DNA of 64,000 bases, from contig JBMOMC010000044.1 in the NCBI GenBank assembly GCA_049325335.1, positions 64,001 through 128,000 on the forward strand, given 5' to 3'. The translations under genes were made by a program, and so were the position numbers. This document shows, one piece after another, positions 11,498 through 21,458 of the stretch. Each line of letters starts with the position of its first letter. The stretch's first letter is position 1. The notes under the pieces are model-generated. The model saw nothing but the letters and a program-made list of their open reading frames with translations, did no database searches and was not told the origin of the DNA. Origin of the DNA: Nitrospirota bacterium. Lineage in GTDB: Bacteria; Nitrospirota; Nitrospiria; 2-01-FULL-66-17.

Positions 11498-12582
11498 AAT
11501 TGTTGTAGTTGCGCCGCCTGCGTCCATGCCTGTAACGCGTCGATCAACTCGTCCAAGTCGCCGTTGAGCACCTGATCCAACCGGTGCAACGTGAGCCCGA
11601 TCCGATGATCCGTGACGCGATTTTGCGGAAAGTTGTACGTGCGAATCTTCTCACTGCGTTCGCCGGTACCCACCTGGGCCTTGCGGTCTTTGGCGATTTC
11701 CGCTTCTTGGCGCTCGCGCTCGACCTCCACCAACCGCGACCGCAAAATGCGCATCGCCTTGGCGCGATTTTTGGTTTGCGACCGTTCGTCCTGGCAGCTC
11801 ACCACCGTGTTGGTCGGGATATGTGTGATGCGCACCGCAGAGTACGTGGTATTCACGCTCTGCCCGCCCGGTCCTGAGGAACAGAACGTGTCGATGCGAA
11901 GGTCCTTGGCGTCGATATGATACTCGACCTCTTCGGCCTCAGGTACCACCGCCACCGTGACCGTAGACGTGTGGATCCGACCGCTTGCCTCGGTCACTGG
12001 AACCCGCTGCACCCGGTGCACGCCGCTTTCGAACTTCAACCGGCTGTATGCGCCCTTGCCTTCGATCAGGACAATAGCTTCCTTCATCCCGCCGATGCCG
12101 GTTTCGCTCGACGACACCAACTCCACACGCCATCGGTGGGTTTCCGCGTATTTGCCGTACATACGAAGCAATTCGGCCGCGAACAAGGCGGCTTCACCGC
12201 CCCCGGTACCGGCCCGGATTTCCAAAAAGATATTCTTGTCGTCCCGAGGATCTTTGGGAAGCATGGCCACGCGCAAGGACTCGTACAACGCGGCTCCCTT
12301 CCCTTCAAGGACGCGGGCCTCCTCCATCGCCAGGTCACGAAACGTGGGCTCGGAACGAGGATCCTCGGCCAATCGCCGCGTCTGATCCAACTCGGCCACC
12401 ACCGCGCTGTACGCCTGGTACTGCCCCACCACGTCGGCTAAATCCGCGCGCTCTTTGGACAGACGCTGCAGCGCTTGAGGATCTCCGATCACGGAGGGAT
12501 CCCCCAGGTTTCGTTCGACTTCGGCAAATCGCGAAGCCAGCGCCTCCAACCGCATGATGAGCGGATCGGCTTGTTCAGTCAC
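11494..12582 (-). CDS. prfA: Peptide chain release factor 1
   Basis: [13 protein letters not shown] anticodon-like motif (RVPVTE), GGQ motif; start uncertain (GTG 12582 or ATG 12555). Confidence 0.97.
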   Translation of the reverse strand: MTEQADPLIMRLEALASRFAEVERNLGDPSVIGDPQALQRLSKERADLADVVGQYQAYSAVVAELDQTRRLAEDPRSEPTFRDLAMEEARVLEGKGAALYESLRVAMLPKDPRDDKNIFLEIRAGTGGGEAALFAAELLRMYGKYAETHRWRVELVSSSETGIGGMKEAIVLIEGKGAYSRLKFESGVHRVQRVPVTEASGRIHTSTVTVAVVPEAEEVEYHIDAKDLRIDTFCSSGPGGQSVNTTYSAVRITHIPTNTVVSCQDERSQTKNRAKAMRILRSRLVEVERERQEAEIAKDRKAQVGTGERSEKIRTYNFPQNRVTDHRIGLTLHRLDQVLNGDLDELIDALQAWTQAAQLQQL

Positions 12583-12660
12583 GGACGACACGAGTGTGAT
12601 TGCGCCGCAGGGATCTCCGCCACACCGAATTCCCTGCTCAGGCATGGCGAATAGTGGGCG

Positions 12661-12867
12661 TTACTTCTTATTATTGCTGTACTTTTTCCGGAAGCGTTCG
12701 ACGCGGCCTTCCGTATCCACGATTTTTTGCATGCCGGTGAAAAACGGATGACACATCGCGCAGATTTCCACACGAATGTCCTTGGCCGTCGATCGTGTCC
12801 GGAGGACGCTTCCACACGCACAGGAAATCAGCGTTTCTTGATAGGTGGGATGGATATCTACCTTCAC
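12661..12867 (-). CDS. rpmE: 50S ribosomal protein L31, Zn-binding (C+) type
   Basis: MK.DIHP.Y, CACG...[16 protein letters not shown]. Confidence 0.97.
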   Translation of the reverse strand: MKVDIHPTYQETLISCACGSVLRTRSTAKDIRVEICAMCHPFFTGMQKIVDTEGRVERFRKKYSNNKK

Positions 12868-12935
12868 CGTCTCACACTCCGATCTGGTTGAATTTCAAAG
12901 AAAAAATATCACTATATCCCTTGAGAAACGGGTGT

Positions 12936-12964
12936 ATTATACCGCGTCGCGACGGCGTTTACAA
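12936..12964 (-). promoter_or_regulatory. sigma70 promoter for rpmE-prfA-...-his operon
   Basis: Minus strand TTGTAA-N17-TATAAT in an AT-rich intergenic region. Confidence 0.75.
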
Positions 12965-13149
12965 GAACATCCTCAATTTTTCTCGAAAATTTATCTCCCC
13001 CACGGTATTCGAGGCCGATCGTCACAGGCGGTGTCCGATGGCTACCAGCTCGTTATTTCACCAGGAATCCCAAACAACCGCCATCGCCTGCGCCGCGGGT
13101 CACGCCTGCGCTTGCGCACCTTCTTTCCGCTGTGTTACGCTCCAGCCTC

Positions 13150-14154
13150 ATGTTTCGATCGCGTCTTGCGTGCGCCGTGTTCGTGGCCACGGCGTGGATG
13201 TTGGGCTGTACAAAGGGCGAACCCACGATCTTCGCCGTCACCGTCCACCCCACCAATCCCCAGATTGTCTACGTCTCATCGAGCCACGGCGTCCTGAAGA
13301 CCCGTGACGGCGGCGCAACCTGGACCCCGATTCACGAAGGGTTGGAGCATTCCCAGGTCCTGGCGTTCGCTATTGACCCGTCGGCCACCTCCACCGTGTA
13401 CGCGGGAACCTTTGCCAACGCGATTTATAAGAGCAACGACGGCGGCCAACGCTGGCGACCCGCTAATGTAGGGATGAAAGAGCACGTGTCGGTGGTCAAT
13501 GCCTTTGCGATCTCCCCGCGCCACTCCGAGGAGATTTTCGCGGCCACCACGGTGGGGGTGTTCCGAAGCACGGACGGGGGCGGACAGTGGGTGGAAACCG
13601 TGCACGGGATGGAAAGCGTGTACGTGGTGGCGATCGCGATCGATCCGAAATCGCCGGATATCATGTACGCCGGGACCAGCGGCGGTATGTACCGCAGCGA
13701 TGATCGCGGCGTACGATGGACGATCATCAATCGCGGACTGATCAAGGGGGAAGTGGGCACCGCCATGGCTTTGGGCGTCAACGCCATCTCCATCGACCCG
13801 GACGACACGCGTCGCCTGGTGATCGCCACCGGAAAAGGCCTCTTCACGAGCCCTGACCGCGGCGCCTCCTGGGAACCGCGTCCGACGGGAGCGGACGTGT
13901 CTTTTATGACGGCGCTCCAGCGCGACCCGGTCGATCCCTCCCGTGTCTACGCAGGCGGCGACCGCGGGCTGTTCATCAGTTCGGATCGCGGCCACACCTG
14001 GAGCGCAGTCACCGCCGAACCCCGACCCGAAATCGTTCGTTCGCTGGCGGCTGACCCGTCTCGCCCCGGCGTGCTCTACGCCGGCACCCAACGCGGACTC
14101 CTCAAAAGCGCGGACAGCGGAGCAACGTGGTCGCAGGTTCCACTCGCCCGCTAA
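13150..14154 (+). CDS. BNR/Asp-box repeat (YCF48/VPS10-like) beta-propeller lipoprotein
   Basis: Lipobox MLGC; seven repeated (S/T)xDxGxxW Asp-boxes. Confidence 0.85.
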   Translation: MFRSRLACAVFVATAWMLGCTKGEPTIFAVTVHPTNPQIVYVSSSHGVLKTRDGGATWTPIHEGLEHSQVLAFAIDPSATSTVYAGTFANAIYKSNDGGQRWRPANVGMKEHVSVVNAFAISPRHSEEIFAATTVGVFRSTDGGGQWVETVHGMESVYVVAIAIDPKSPDIMYAGTSGGMYRSDDRGVRWTIINRGLIKGEVGTAMALGVNAISIDPDDTRRLVIATGKGLFTSPDRGASWEPRPTGADVSFMTALQRDPVDPSRVYAGGDRGLFISSDRGHTWSAVTAEPRPEIVRSLAADPSRPGVLYAGTQRGLLKSADSGATWSQVPLAR

Positions 14155-14792
14155 CGCGCCTGACCGTGATCGCGGTCGCCGTCGGGTGTGCGGTGCTCGG
14201 GGGGCACGCGGCCGCGGCGCGGGCGGAGCTCGAACGCCCGTCCTCGCTCGCGTTTAAACTCGGCTACCACATGTATCCGAACAGCCAGTATTTCGATTCC
14301 TTGGAACGCGCCGGCGCCGGAGGCGCGCAAGACTTTCGCGGGTTAAGCCTCGAACTTTTTGACTACACGTACCAATGGCCTTCGCGATGGGGGCTCAACG
14401 TCTCACTCGGAGGTTTGTACTACCAAAAATTCACGCCCTCTCAAACGGCGCAACACGCGATTTTCGTCCAGACCATGACCGTCACGCCGACCTTTCGCCT
14501 ATCCGGATCCGACGCGGTCGGCACGTGGCTGGTCTATTGCGGGGTGGGTGTGGGCCGATACGGCGCCACCACTCGCTTCGACTTTCTCCCGGGCGACGCC
14601 ACTGAATTCCACAACTACACGCTCGGGTACCACGCGTTGATCGGCGCGGAATACCGTTTTAACGAGCAAGTCGGGTTCCTAGTCGAAGAAAAATTCTCGC
14701 GCGCGCGCATTCGATTCGGACCCGAATTGGACCGCATGGAACTCGACGTCGGCGGGCACAATATCCTGGTGGGCACCAAGATCTATTTCTAG
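14127..14792 (+). CDS. Outer-membrane beta-barrel protein (OmpW/porin-like)
   Basis: Signal peptide, alternating amphipathic strands (YCGVGVGRY, GYHALIGAEYRF), C-terminal aromatic (KIYF). Confidence 0.7.
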   Translation: MVAGSTRPLTRLTVIAVAVGCAVLGGHAAAARAELERPSSLAFKLGYHMYPNSQYFDSLERAGAGGAQDFRGLSLELFDYTYQWPSRWGLNVSLGGLYYQKFTPSQTAQHAIFVQTMTVTPTFRLSGSDAVGTWLVYCGVGVGRYGATTRFDFLPGDATEFHNYTLGYHALIGAEYRFNEQVGFLVEEKFSRARIRFGPELDRMELDVGGHNILVGTKIYF

Positions 14793-14816
14793 ATTGCCGG
14801 TTTGCCGGCCAACAAT

Positions 14817-15230
14817 TCACAGCGCGTCGGCATGTCCGGCGCCCTGCCGGACGTGACTGAGCGTGCGCCGCGCGTGCGCCAGTGCATCATCTGAACGGCC
14901 TTGCGTGGCCGCCTCGGCCGCGCGCTCCGCGCTCCGGATCGCCTCGCGGACGTGCTCAGCGGCGTCCCGCGCGTGGCGGTTCCCAGGCGTGGGGAACGCG
15001 TCCAGCGCGCGCTGGCCGGCCTCGATCACCCGCGCGGCACCGGCCACTATGCCAAGCAGATCCCCACGGTCGTGATTAGCGGCCATGGCGCGCGACGCCG
15101 TCAACATCTCGCTAATCGCGCGTCGGATCGCGGCGGGATCGGCTCCTACCACGGGACCGGCGACCAGCAGCCCCGCGGTCATGCCGATGACCAGCGCCAT
15201 CCCCGCCTTCCGTCCGGTCATGACCCACAC
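14817..15230 (-). CDS. Small periplasmic helical protein, SmbP-like metal-binding
   Basis: Signal peptide, Ala-rich helices with periodic His (HARDAAEHVREAI...AHARRTLSH...GH). Confidence 0.5.
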   Translation of the reverse strand: MWVMTGRKAGMALVIGMTAGLLVAGPVVGADPAAIRRAISEMLTASRAMAANHDRGDLLGIVAGAARVIEAGQRALDAFPTPGNRHARDAAEHVREAIRSAERAAEAATQGRSDDALAHARRTLSHVRQGAGHADAL

Positions 15231-15235
15231 GTCCG

Positions 15236-17164
15236 TTACTCTCGGTCGAAGAACCCGCGCTTGGGAACCAGATTCACCCCGACGAACACGCCGTGCTCGG
15301 ACGCGCCCGCCATCACCAGCCCCATATCCGGAACCACAACGGATTCGAACGGCGCCGCCGAAAATGCGCCGTGGGACGGGTTCCAGGGCTTGCCGTCGTC
15401 ACTCCACCAGAGGCCGCCGCTGGTTGCGGCCAGCACCACGTCCTGGCGCCCGCCCGCGTCCACGGCAACCGCCCGGACATCCACGCCGTGCGGCAACGTC
15501 CGGCCGAGGTCCTCCCAGGTGGTCGACCGCCCGCGACGCGCGTATACCGCGCTCCGGGTCCACGCATACGCCGAATGACCCGCCGCCACGCCCAGGACCT
15601 CGTCGGTACCGGGGATCGTGCCGAGCGGGCTCCACGGTCCGCGGTCCGACTCCCCGCGGAACACGGCCCTACCGACCGCAGCGACCAGCCGTCCCTCACG
15701 ATCCAAGGCTAGACGAAGCGCACCGGACTGGGTCGGGACGGCCACCGCGGTCCACTGCGCGTCGCCGGTCCGACGCACGAACGCGCCCGACGACGTCGCG
15801 GCATACACCCGGCCCTCGGCGGCCAGCAACGCGGTCGGCGCCCCGGTCAACCCCTCGTTGTGCGGCACCCATCGACTCACCGACCAGTCGGCTTGGTACA
15901 CCGAGTCCGGGGTCGCGGCATACTGCGTCCCCTCCTGGTCCACCGCAAGCGCCAGGATCGTCCGCGACGGCAGTCCGTCGTGCAACAGCCCCCACGCCTG
16001 CCCACCGTCCTTACTGCGATAAAGTCCGTTGGCGGCGGTCCCGGCAAACAGCCCGCGACGAGGGTTCACCGACACCGCGCGGACCGCGGGGAACAACATG
16101 CCTCGATCCACCGCGCGCCATGCCCCGCCGGGCGAACGGACGGCCACGCCGGCCGACGTGCCCGCGTAGAGCGCGCCGTCCCGCGCGAGCAACAGACTTT
16201 GGATATTGGTGTTGGGCATACCGTCGCTGATCGAGTTCCATCGCCGACCGCCGTCGTCGCTGTAAAACACGCCCTCCCCCGTACCCGCGTAGATCCCCTC
16301 CGGGCCGATCGCCAACCCTCGAATCGAGAAATTGGTCAGTCCCTCATTTACCACGGTCCACTGCCGTCCTTGATTCACGCTCTTGAACACGCCGCCACCG
16401 AAACTCCCGGCGTACAACGCGCCGCGCGGATCCATCGCCAGCACCCGAATGAAGTTCTCGCGCAAACCGCGATCGTCGGTGAGGCCCTCGTTGATCGAGC
16501 TCCACGAGGCGCCGCGATCGCGGCTCACGAACAACCCGTTGCCGCCGGTTCCGGTGTACACCGTGCCGTCCGAACCCAACGCCAAGGACCGCGCCAACGC
16601 CAGCTCGAGGCCGTGGTTCGCCGCGGTCCACTGGCGACCGTTGTCCTGACTGCGAAAAACGCCGGCCCCGGTTCCCGCGTAGAGCATGCCCGCGCCGGGA
16701 TCGTACGCAATCGCGACAACCTGGTCATTGCCGAGTCCCTCGCCGGTCGGACTCCACCGCCGACCGTCTTCGCTGCGAAACAGACCGCCGCGGATCGTCC
16801 CCGCGAACAACGTGCCATCGGGCGTTCGTCCGAACGTCATGATAAACGGATCACTTGGCCCGGACTCGGCGGGCGCCCACCGCTCCTGCCCCGGCGCCTT
16901 GCGGTACACCCCGTCGCCGAACGTCCCGGCGTAGATCGCGCCGTCCGCGCCTTCCAGCAACGCCTGCACGCTCCCTCCGGTCACCGGGCCGTTGGTCTGA
17001 TACAAGGTGACGTCATTGGAAACCGGCGGCTGGTATCCGTCCTCTTTGGTCAAATAGGCGAACGGCTGCGCCATCCGGCTCTTCTCATCCCGGTCGCACC
17101 CTTCGGGTTGTCCGCTCATGGCCATCCCGACCAGCAGCGCCACTCCCCACATCCGTATCCGCAC
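15236..17164 (-). CDS. Large BNR/Asp-box beta-propeller exported protein
   Basis: Many YAGT.G.GVF.S.D.G..W repeats; GTG 17164 preceded by GGAGGA; the longer ORF-track N-terminus overlaps glnD and is spurious. Confidence 0.8.
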   Translation of the reverse strand: MRIRMWGVALLVGMAMSGQPEGCDRDEKSRMAQPFAYLTKEDGYQPPVSNDVTLYQTNGPVTGGSVQALLEGADGAIYAGTFGDGVYRKAPGQERWAPAESGPSDPFIMTFGRTPDGTLFAGTIRGGLFRSEDGRRWSPTGEGLGNDQVVAIAYDPGAGMLYAGTGAGVFRSQDNGRQWTAANHGLELALARSLALGSDGTVYTGTGGNGLFVSRDRGASWSSINEGLTDDRGLRENFIRVLAMDPRGALYAGSFGGGVFKSVNQGRQWTVVNEGLTNFSIRGLAIGPEGIYAGTGEGVFYSDDGGRRWNSISDGMPNTNIQSLLLARDGALYAGTSAGVAVRSPGGAWRAVDRGMLFPAVRAVSVNPRRGLFAGTAANGLYRSKDGGQAWGLLHDGLPSRTILALAVDQEGTQYAATPDSVYQADWSVSRWVPHNEGLTGAPTALLAAEGRVYAATSSGAFVRRTGDAQWTAVAVPTQSGALRLALDREGRLVAAVGRAVFRGESDRGPWSPLGTIPGTDEVLGVAAGHSAYAWTRSAVYARRGRSTTWEDLGRTLPHGVDVRAVAVDAGGRQDVVLAATSGGLWWSDDGKPWNPSHGAFSAAPFESVVVPDMGLVMAGASEHGVFVGVNLVPKRGFFDRE

Positions 17165-17282
17165 CGGCAATCCTCCCGCTACCGCCACCCGCGGCGCTGA
17201 ACGTCCCCCCACCGCTCCGCGGCCGCCCGTGCCACTGCGGGATACCTGACACCGACCAGTCCCGCGCTTTGAACCGGGGCGC

Positions 17283-19964
17283 TCACGGCGCGCGGGGCTC
17301 CGCGGCGACTCCGGTCGCGTCAACCGCGTAGGCTTCGATCGACTGGATGAGCGCCCGCTTGATGCGGTCCACACGCTCGGCATCCAGGATTTTCCCGCCG
17401 CCGGCGTCCTGCACGTAAAAGACGTCCACGATCTGATCCAACCGCGTGGAAATTTTGGACGAATGAATGGAGAGCCCCAACTCAAACAACGCGCGCGTGA
17501 TCACGTATAACAGTCCCTGCACGTCATTGGCGAACACGTCGATGATGGTGTAGGCATCGGACGTTTCGTTGTCGATCTCCACCTGCGTAGGCTCGGCTCC
17601 GTGCGGCAACCGACGAGTCCGCGGCAAGCGCCGCCCGCGCGCGAACAAATCCTCCACGCGTTGACGCCCCATCACCACCGCACTGAGCGTGCGCTTGAGG
17701 TCCGCGACGCGATCAGGAGACGGTTCGCCGGAGGAATCCGGGTCCTCGAACCGAAACGTATCCAACACCACCCCGTCGCGTCGGGTGAAGACCTGTGCGT
17801 CCAAAATTTGAAACCCCAACGCAGCCAACCCCCCGGCCAGCTTCGAGAACAGCCCCGGAATGATCGAGTCGAACGTGGCCACGGTCAGCTCCGTGGTGCG
17901 CGGCTCGGCTTCCCACGTCGTGTCCACCAACACGCCGCCGGACGGCAGACGATACACCATGTCCAGGTGGTGCACGATCCGTTCCGGAGACGTGACCGCA
18001 AGATACCGATCGGGTATCACTTCGAATTGCCCTGCCAACCACGGCGTCGGGAACCGTTCCCCCGCCAGACTCCGCACCGTCTCCTCGACCCGACGTCGCG
18101 CCGCGGGGTCGCCGGCGGTCGAACCGCCCGCGAGTGTCTCCATGGCCTTGGCGTACAACGCATATAAGAGGTCTTCCTTCCATGCCGTCCACGTGCCCGG
18201 ACCCACCGCGGTGATGTCGGCGTAGGTGAACACGAGGAACATTTGGACCAATTCCGGCTGTCCGACCTGCCGGGCGAACCGCACCAACACCTTGTCGTCG
18301 CTCAAATCTCGGCGGAAGGCGATCTGCGACATCACGAGGTGATGTCGGACCAAGAAGGTCAACACGCCGCGTTCGTGCGCGTCGAACCCCAATCGGTCCG
18401 CCGCGCGCGACGCAATGGCCTCGCCGATTTCGCTGTGATCGCCGCCCTTGCCTTTACCGATATCGTGCAGGAGCAACGCCAAATGGAGCAGATCCTTGCG
18501 GTGAATGCCGCGGTACACGGCGGCGATCCGTCCGTCGTCGCCGTCCAGCGCGCAGGCCGCCTGCACCGCCCGCACGCTGTGCACGTCGACGGTGAACTTG
18601 TGGTACTGATTAAACTGCATCAGCCCGCGCGCCGAGGCGAATTCCGGAATGACCCGTTCGAGGATCCCCACCCGGTGCATGGTCTCCAACGTTCGCCCGA
18701 TTCCGGGCTCGGCAAACAAGGCAAACACCCGCTCTTGAATCGAGGGATCCAGGTACGCGTGGTCGGACAGCCCCGCGACCGCCCGCGCGATCGCGTCCAG
18801 CGTCGACGCCGATACCGGTCGCTCCGTCTCTTGCGACACGCCCAACAACCTGATCACCGCGCCCGGATCAGCCGCGAGCTCCTCCCGGCGACGCTCGGGC
18901 AACAACACGGCGTTCCGGGTCACCACCACCCGCCCCTCGATTTCCCGCGCCGTGATCGCGGTGATGAACCGCCGCCAGGCGCTCGGGCGCTGCACTCGTC
19001 GCGCGAACCGCTCGCTCGTATGCTGGAGCGCGGTGGACAACCGGTAGTACTGCTGCATGAACCGCTCCACCCCGAGTAAGTGCGGGCTGTCCGCGTACCC
19101 GAAAAACTCGGCCAGACGGACCTGCTCGTCGAACGTGAGCACGTCTCCTGGTTTGCCCGCGTGAAAGTGCAGCTCGTTCCGCACGACCCACAAAAAATCA
19201 CGCGCGTCAACGAGGCCTTGCCGCTCCGTCTCGGTGAGCAACCCGCGCGCGACCAGGTCATCCCACGACGCGGTTCCGTAACAGGCGCGCGCCAACCACC
19301 CGATGTAGTGCAAATCGCGAAGTCCGCCCTGACTTTTCTTGATGTCCGGCTCCAACAGGTACACGGTTGAGCCGTACCGGTCGTACCCCGAGTCCCGCTC
19401 GGTCAATTTTTGCGTCACGTACGCGTCCGCGTCCTTGCGCAGTTGCGACAGAAACGCGGCGGTAAATTGCTCGAACAGCGGCCGGTCGCCGGCCAACCAC
19501 CGCGCTTCCAATAACGCGGTGCGAATCGTGGCGTCGCGGCGCCCCAGATCCAAACAATCCCGAATCCGGCGGACACTGTGTCCCACGGTGTACCCGAGAT
19601 CCCAGAGCGTGTGCAGTACGCCTTTACTCACGGCGAGCCCCTCGCCGCGCGCGGGCGGATCAAAGAGAAACATCAGATCCACGTCCGACGCCGGAAACAA
19701 TTCCCCGCGCCCGTACCCGCCGACCGCAATTACGGCGCAACCCGACCCCGGACGCTCCACGCCCTCGCCCGGTACCACCGTCCGGTACAACGACGCGATC
19801 ACCGCGTCCATCAAGGCGGATAATCCGGCCACCGTATCCGGGCCGCACCGCCGACGTTCGTGATCCCGCCGAAGGACGGCGCGTTGCGCGGCGACCGCCG
19901 CTCGCAGCCGCGGCAAGTCGGCGCCGACCGAGATGATCGCCTCACGATCGAGGGTGACGCTCAT
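17283..19964 (-). CDS. glnD: [Protein-PII] uridylyltransferase
   Basis: AVGGYGRGELFPASDVDL, EPDIKKSQGGLRDL, HD domain (YHKFTVD.H, LLHDIGKG), two C-terminal ACT domains; start at MSVTLD. Confidence 0.95.
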   Translation of the reverse strand: MSVTLDREAIISVGADLPRLRAAVAAQRAVLRRDHERRRCGPDTVAGLSALMDAVIASLYRTVVPGEGVERPGSGCAVIAVGGYGRGELFPASDVDLMFLFDPPARGEGLAVSKGVLHTLWDLGYTVGHSVRRIRDCLDLGRRDATIRTALLEARWLAGDRPLFEQFTAAFLSQLRKDADAYVTQKLTERDSGYDRYGSTVYLLEPDIKKSQGGLRDLHYIGWLARACYGTASWDDLVARGLLTETERQGLVDARDFLWVVRNELHFHAGKPGDVLTFDEQVRLAEFFGYADSPHLLGVERFMQQYYRLSTALQHTSERFARRVQRPSAWRRFITAITAREIEGRVVVTRNAVLLPERRREELAADPGAVIRLLGVSQETERPVSASTLDAIARAVAGLSDHAYLDPSIQERVFALFAEPGIGRTLETMHRVGILERVIPEFASARGLMQFNQYHKFTVDVHSVRAVQAACALDGDDGRIAAVYRGIHRKDLLHLALLLHDIGKGKGGDHSEIGEAIASRAADRLGFDAHERGVLTFLVRHHLVMSQIAFRRDLSDDKVLVRFARQVGQPELVQMFLVFTYADITAVGPGTWTAWKEDLLYALYAKAMETLAGGSTAGDPAARRRVEETVRSLAGERFPTPWLAGQFEVIPDRYLAVTSPERIVHHLDMVYRLPSGGVLVDTTWEAEPRTTELTVATFDSIIPGLFSKLAGGLAALGFQILDAQVFTRRDGVVLDTFRFEDPDSSGEPSPDRVADLKRTLSAVVMGRQRVEDLFARGRRLPRTRRLPHGAEPTQVEIDNETSDAYTIIDVFANDVQGLLYVITRALFELGLSIHSSKISTRLDQIVDVFYVQDAGGGKILDAERVDRIKRALIQSIEAYAVDATGVAAEPRAP

Positions 19965-20023
19965 TGACTTTTGGTCCCGCAATCCGGCAGTGTAAAGCCT
20001 TACCAGTTGATGTGGAGCCCGCA

Positions 20024-20458
20024 ATGAGACTGCCGCGCACGACCGCTCTGGAATCGACTTCGCCAATCGCGTCCGACGCGACGCCCCCCGCGTGTCAAAC
20101 TTGCGACCAAATCCTCGCGCGGTTCGCCGGCGCCGGGATCCGTCCAGTCCGCGTGGCGATCCGTTGTCGCCGCTGCGGAACCGTGCATCGACACCACGGC
20201 GCGACCGACGCAGCACCGAAAACGCGCCGCACCGCGAAAGCGGCCGCGGCCATCGCGCGCGAAGCAGCCTACGAGCGGCTGTTGGCGGTCACTTCCGGCC
20301 GGAAAAGTCGTCCCTACTCCCTGTCCGGCGCCTTCAAACCCCACGATGTCATCGAACACCCGACGTTTGGTCTGGGGGTGGTCACCCACCTGGTCGCCGG
20401 GGATAAAATTCACGTCGCGTTTAAGAACGGCGACAAACTGTTGGTCTGCCGGCGGTAA
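20024..20458 (+). CDS. Hypothetical protein: CxxC-CxxC zinc ribbon plus PcrA/UvrD C-terminal Tudor-like domain
   Basis: CQTC...CRRC; F..HDVIEHPTFGLGVV...KIHVAF..G.K.L. Confidence 0.6.
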   Translation: MRLPRTTALESTSPIASDATPPACQTCDQILARFAGAGIRPVRVAIRCRRCGTVHRHHGATDAAPKTRRTAKAAAAIAREAAYERLLAVTSGRKSRPYSLSGAFKPHDVIEHPTFGLGVVTHLVAGDKIHVAFKNGDKLLVCRR

Positions 20459-20469
20459 GTCGCGCGGCG

Positions 20470-20874
20470 TTACCGCCGCGCTCTGGCCGCGCGCCGTTTG
20501 GACTTGGCGGGAGCCGCCGTATGCGCCCCCTTGGTCGGCGGGGGAGGCGCCACGTAGGAGGCCAGCGCGGGATGGGTCTCGGGGTCGATGGGCTGATCCC
20601 ACGTGAGTCCGACCAAAAATCCTCGCGGCGACGGCGCCGTCCACGCCACCACCCCGGTCAACTTCTCCTGCGTCGCGGTGCCGGCCTGATCGAGGAACGC
20701 CATGGTGACGCTCACCGGCTCATTGGGCGGAATGGCCTCCGGAACCCGTAATCCCGCGCCGGAGGCGCTGACGTTGGTGACCACCGCGGTCACGGCGCGG
20801 CCGCCGGACCCCGGAATCACCAAGGTCGCGCCGTCAAGCGTCACGCGACGCGATGTCCGTTTCTCAGTAATCAT
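20470..20874 (-). CDS. PilZ domain (c-di-GMP-binding) protein
   Basis: EKRTSRR (RxxxR) and NVSASGA (D/NxSxxG). Confidence 0.85.
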   Translation of the reverse strand: MITEKRTSRRVTLDGATLVIPGSGGRAVTAVVTNVSASGAGLRVPEAIPPNEPVSVTMAFLDQAGTATQEKLTGVVAWTAPSPRGFLVGLTWDQPIDPETHPALASYVAPPPPTKGAHTAAPAKSKRRAARARR

Positions 20875-21059
20875 ACTGCCTCCCTTAGTTATCGAGTCCC
20901 CATCGTGCGTTTCAGAACGCCCGCGGAACGGTCTGCCGCGAAGCGTTCATCCCTGTCCGTCAGGGTCAAGGGCCGCGGAAGCATACCACAACCCGCGTGC
21001 CCGGAGAAGGGGTCTTCTAGACCGCGTCCGCGAGGACCATCACCGGACCATTACCGGCC

Positions 21060-21088
21060 TTGTGCCCGGCCGTCAAACCGTGTATGAT
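21060..21088 (+). promoter_or_regulatory. sigma70 promoter preceded by 11-bp direct repeats
   Basis: TTGTGC-N17-TATGAT; GGACCATCACC GGACCATTACC at 21034-21055. Confidence 0.55.
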
Positions 21089-21144
21089 CGCTCGGTTCAA
21101 ACGCGCGTCTCAGCCCGAAAAAAAAATGGAGCACATGGAGCACT

Positions 21145-21450
21145 ATGTCGACTACCAATGAACTCACCTCGGCACATGCCGCCGAACTGCGCCTTGCAGC
21201 GCAGGAAGGACAACTCCGCGATACCCAGAGGGAATTGGAGCAGGTTCGTCGGGAGCTGGACGCGCTTCGCGCCGCGGTGGAGCGCCTCACGGCCAGAAGC
21301 GTCGCCACCTGCAAAAAATGCGGAACAACGTACGACATGTTCAGCCATCACTATAGCATCGGGTTGTTCGACAATATCGTCTACGTGAAATGTCCCGCCT
21401 GCCAGACCCCGATGCCGGTTGATCCCCGATTGGGAGTTCGAGCGGAGTAG
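21145..21450 (+). CDS. Hypothetical coiled-coil plus zinc-ribbon protein
   Basis: Heptad-rich N-half; CKKC...CPAC; GGAG RBS. Confidence 0.7.
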   Translation: MSTTNELTSAHAAELRLAAQEGQLRDTQRELEQVRRELDALRAAVERLTARSVATCKKCGTTYDMFSHHYSIGLFDNIVYVKCPACQTPMPVDPRLGVRAE

Positions 21451-21458
21451 TCACGCGC

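Noticed and set aside
17165..17485. N-terminal extensions in the ORF track (propeller to 17485, glnD to 20216, DUF2294 from 24327, spondin from 58130, PiT from 62116)
   Set aside because: They overlap other genes and lack protein-like composition; better RBS or coupled starts lie downstream
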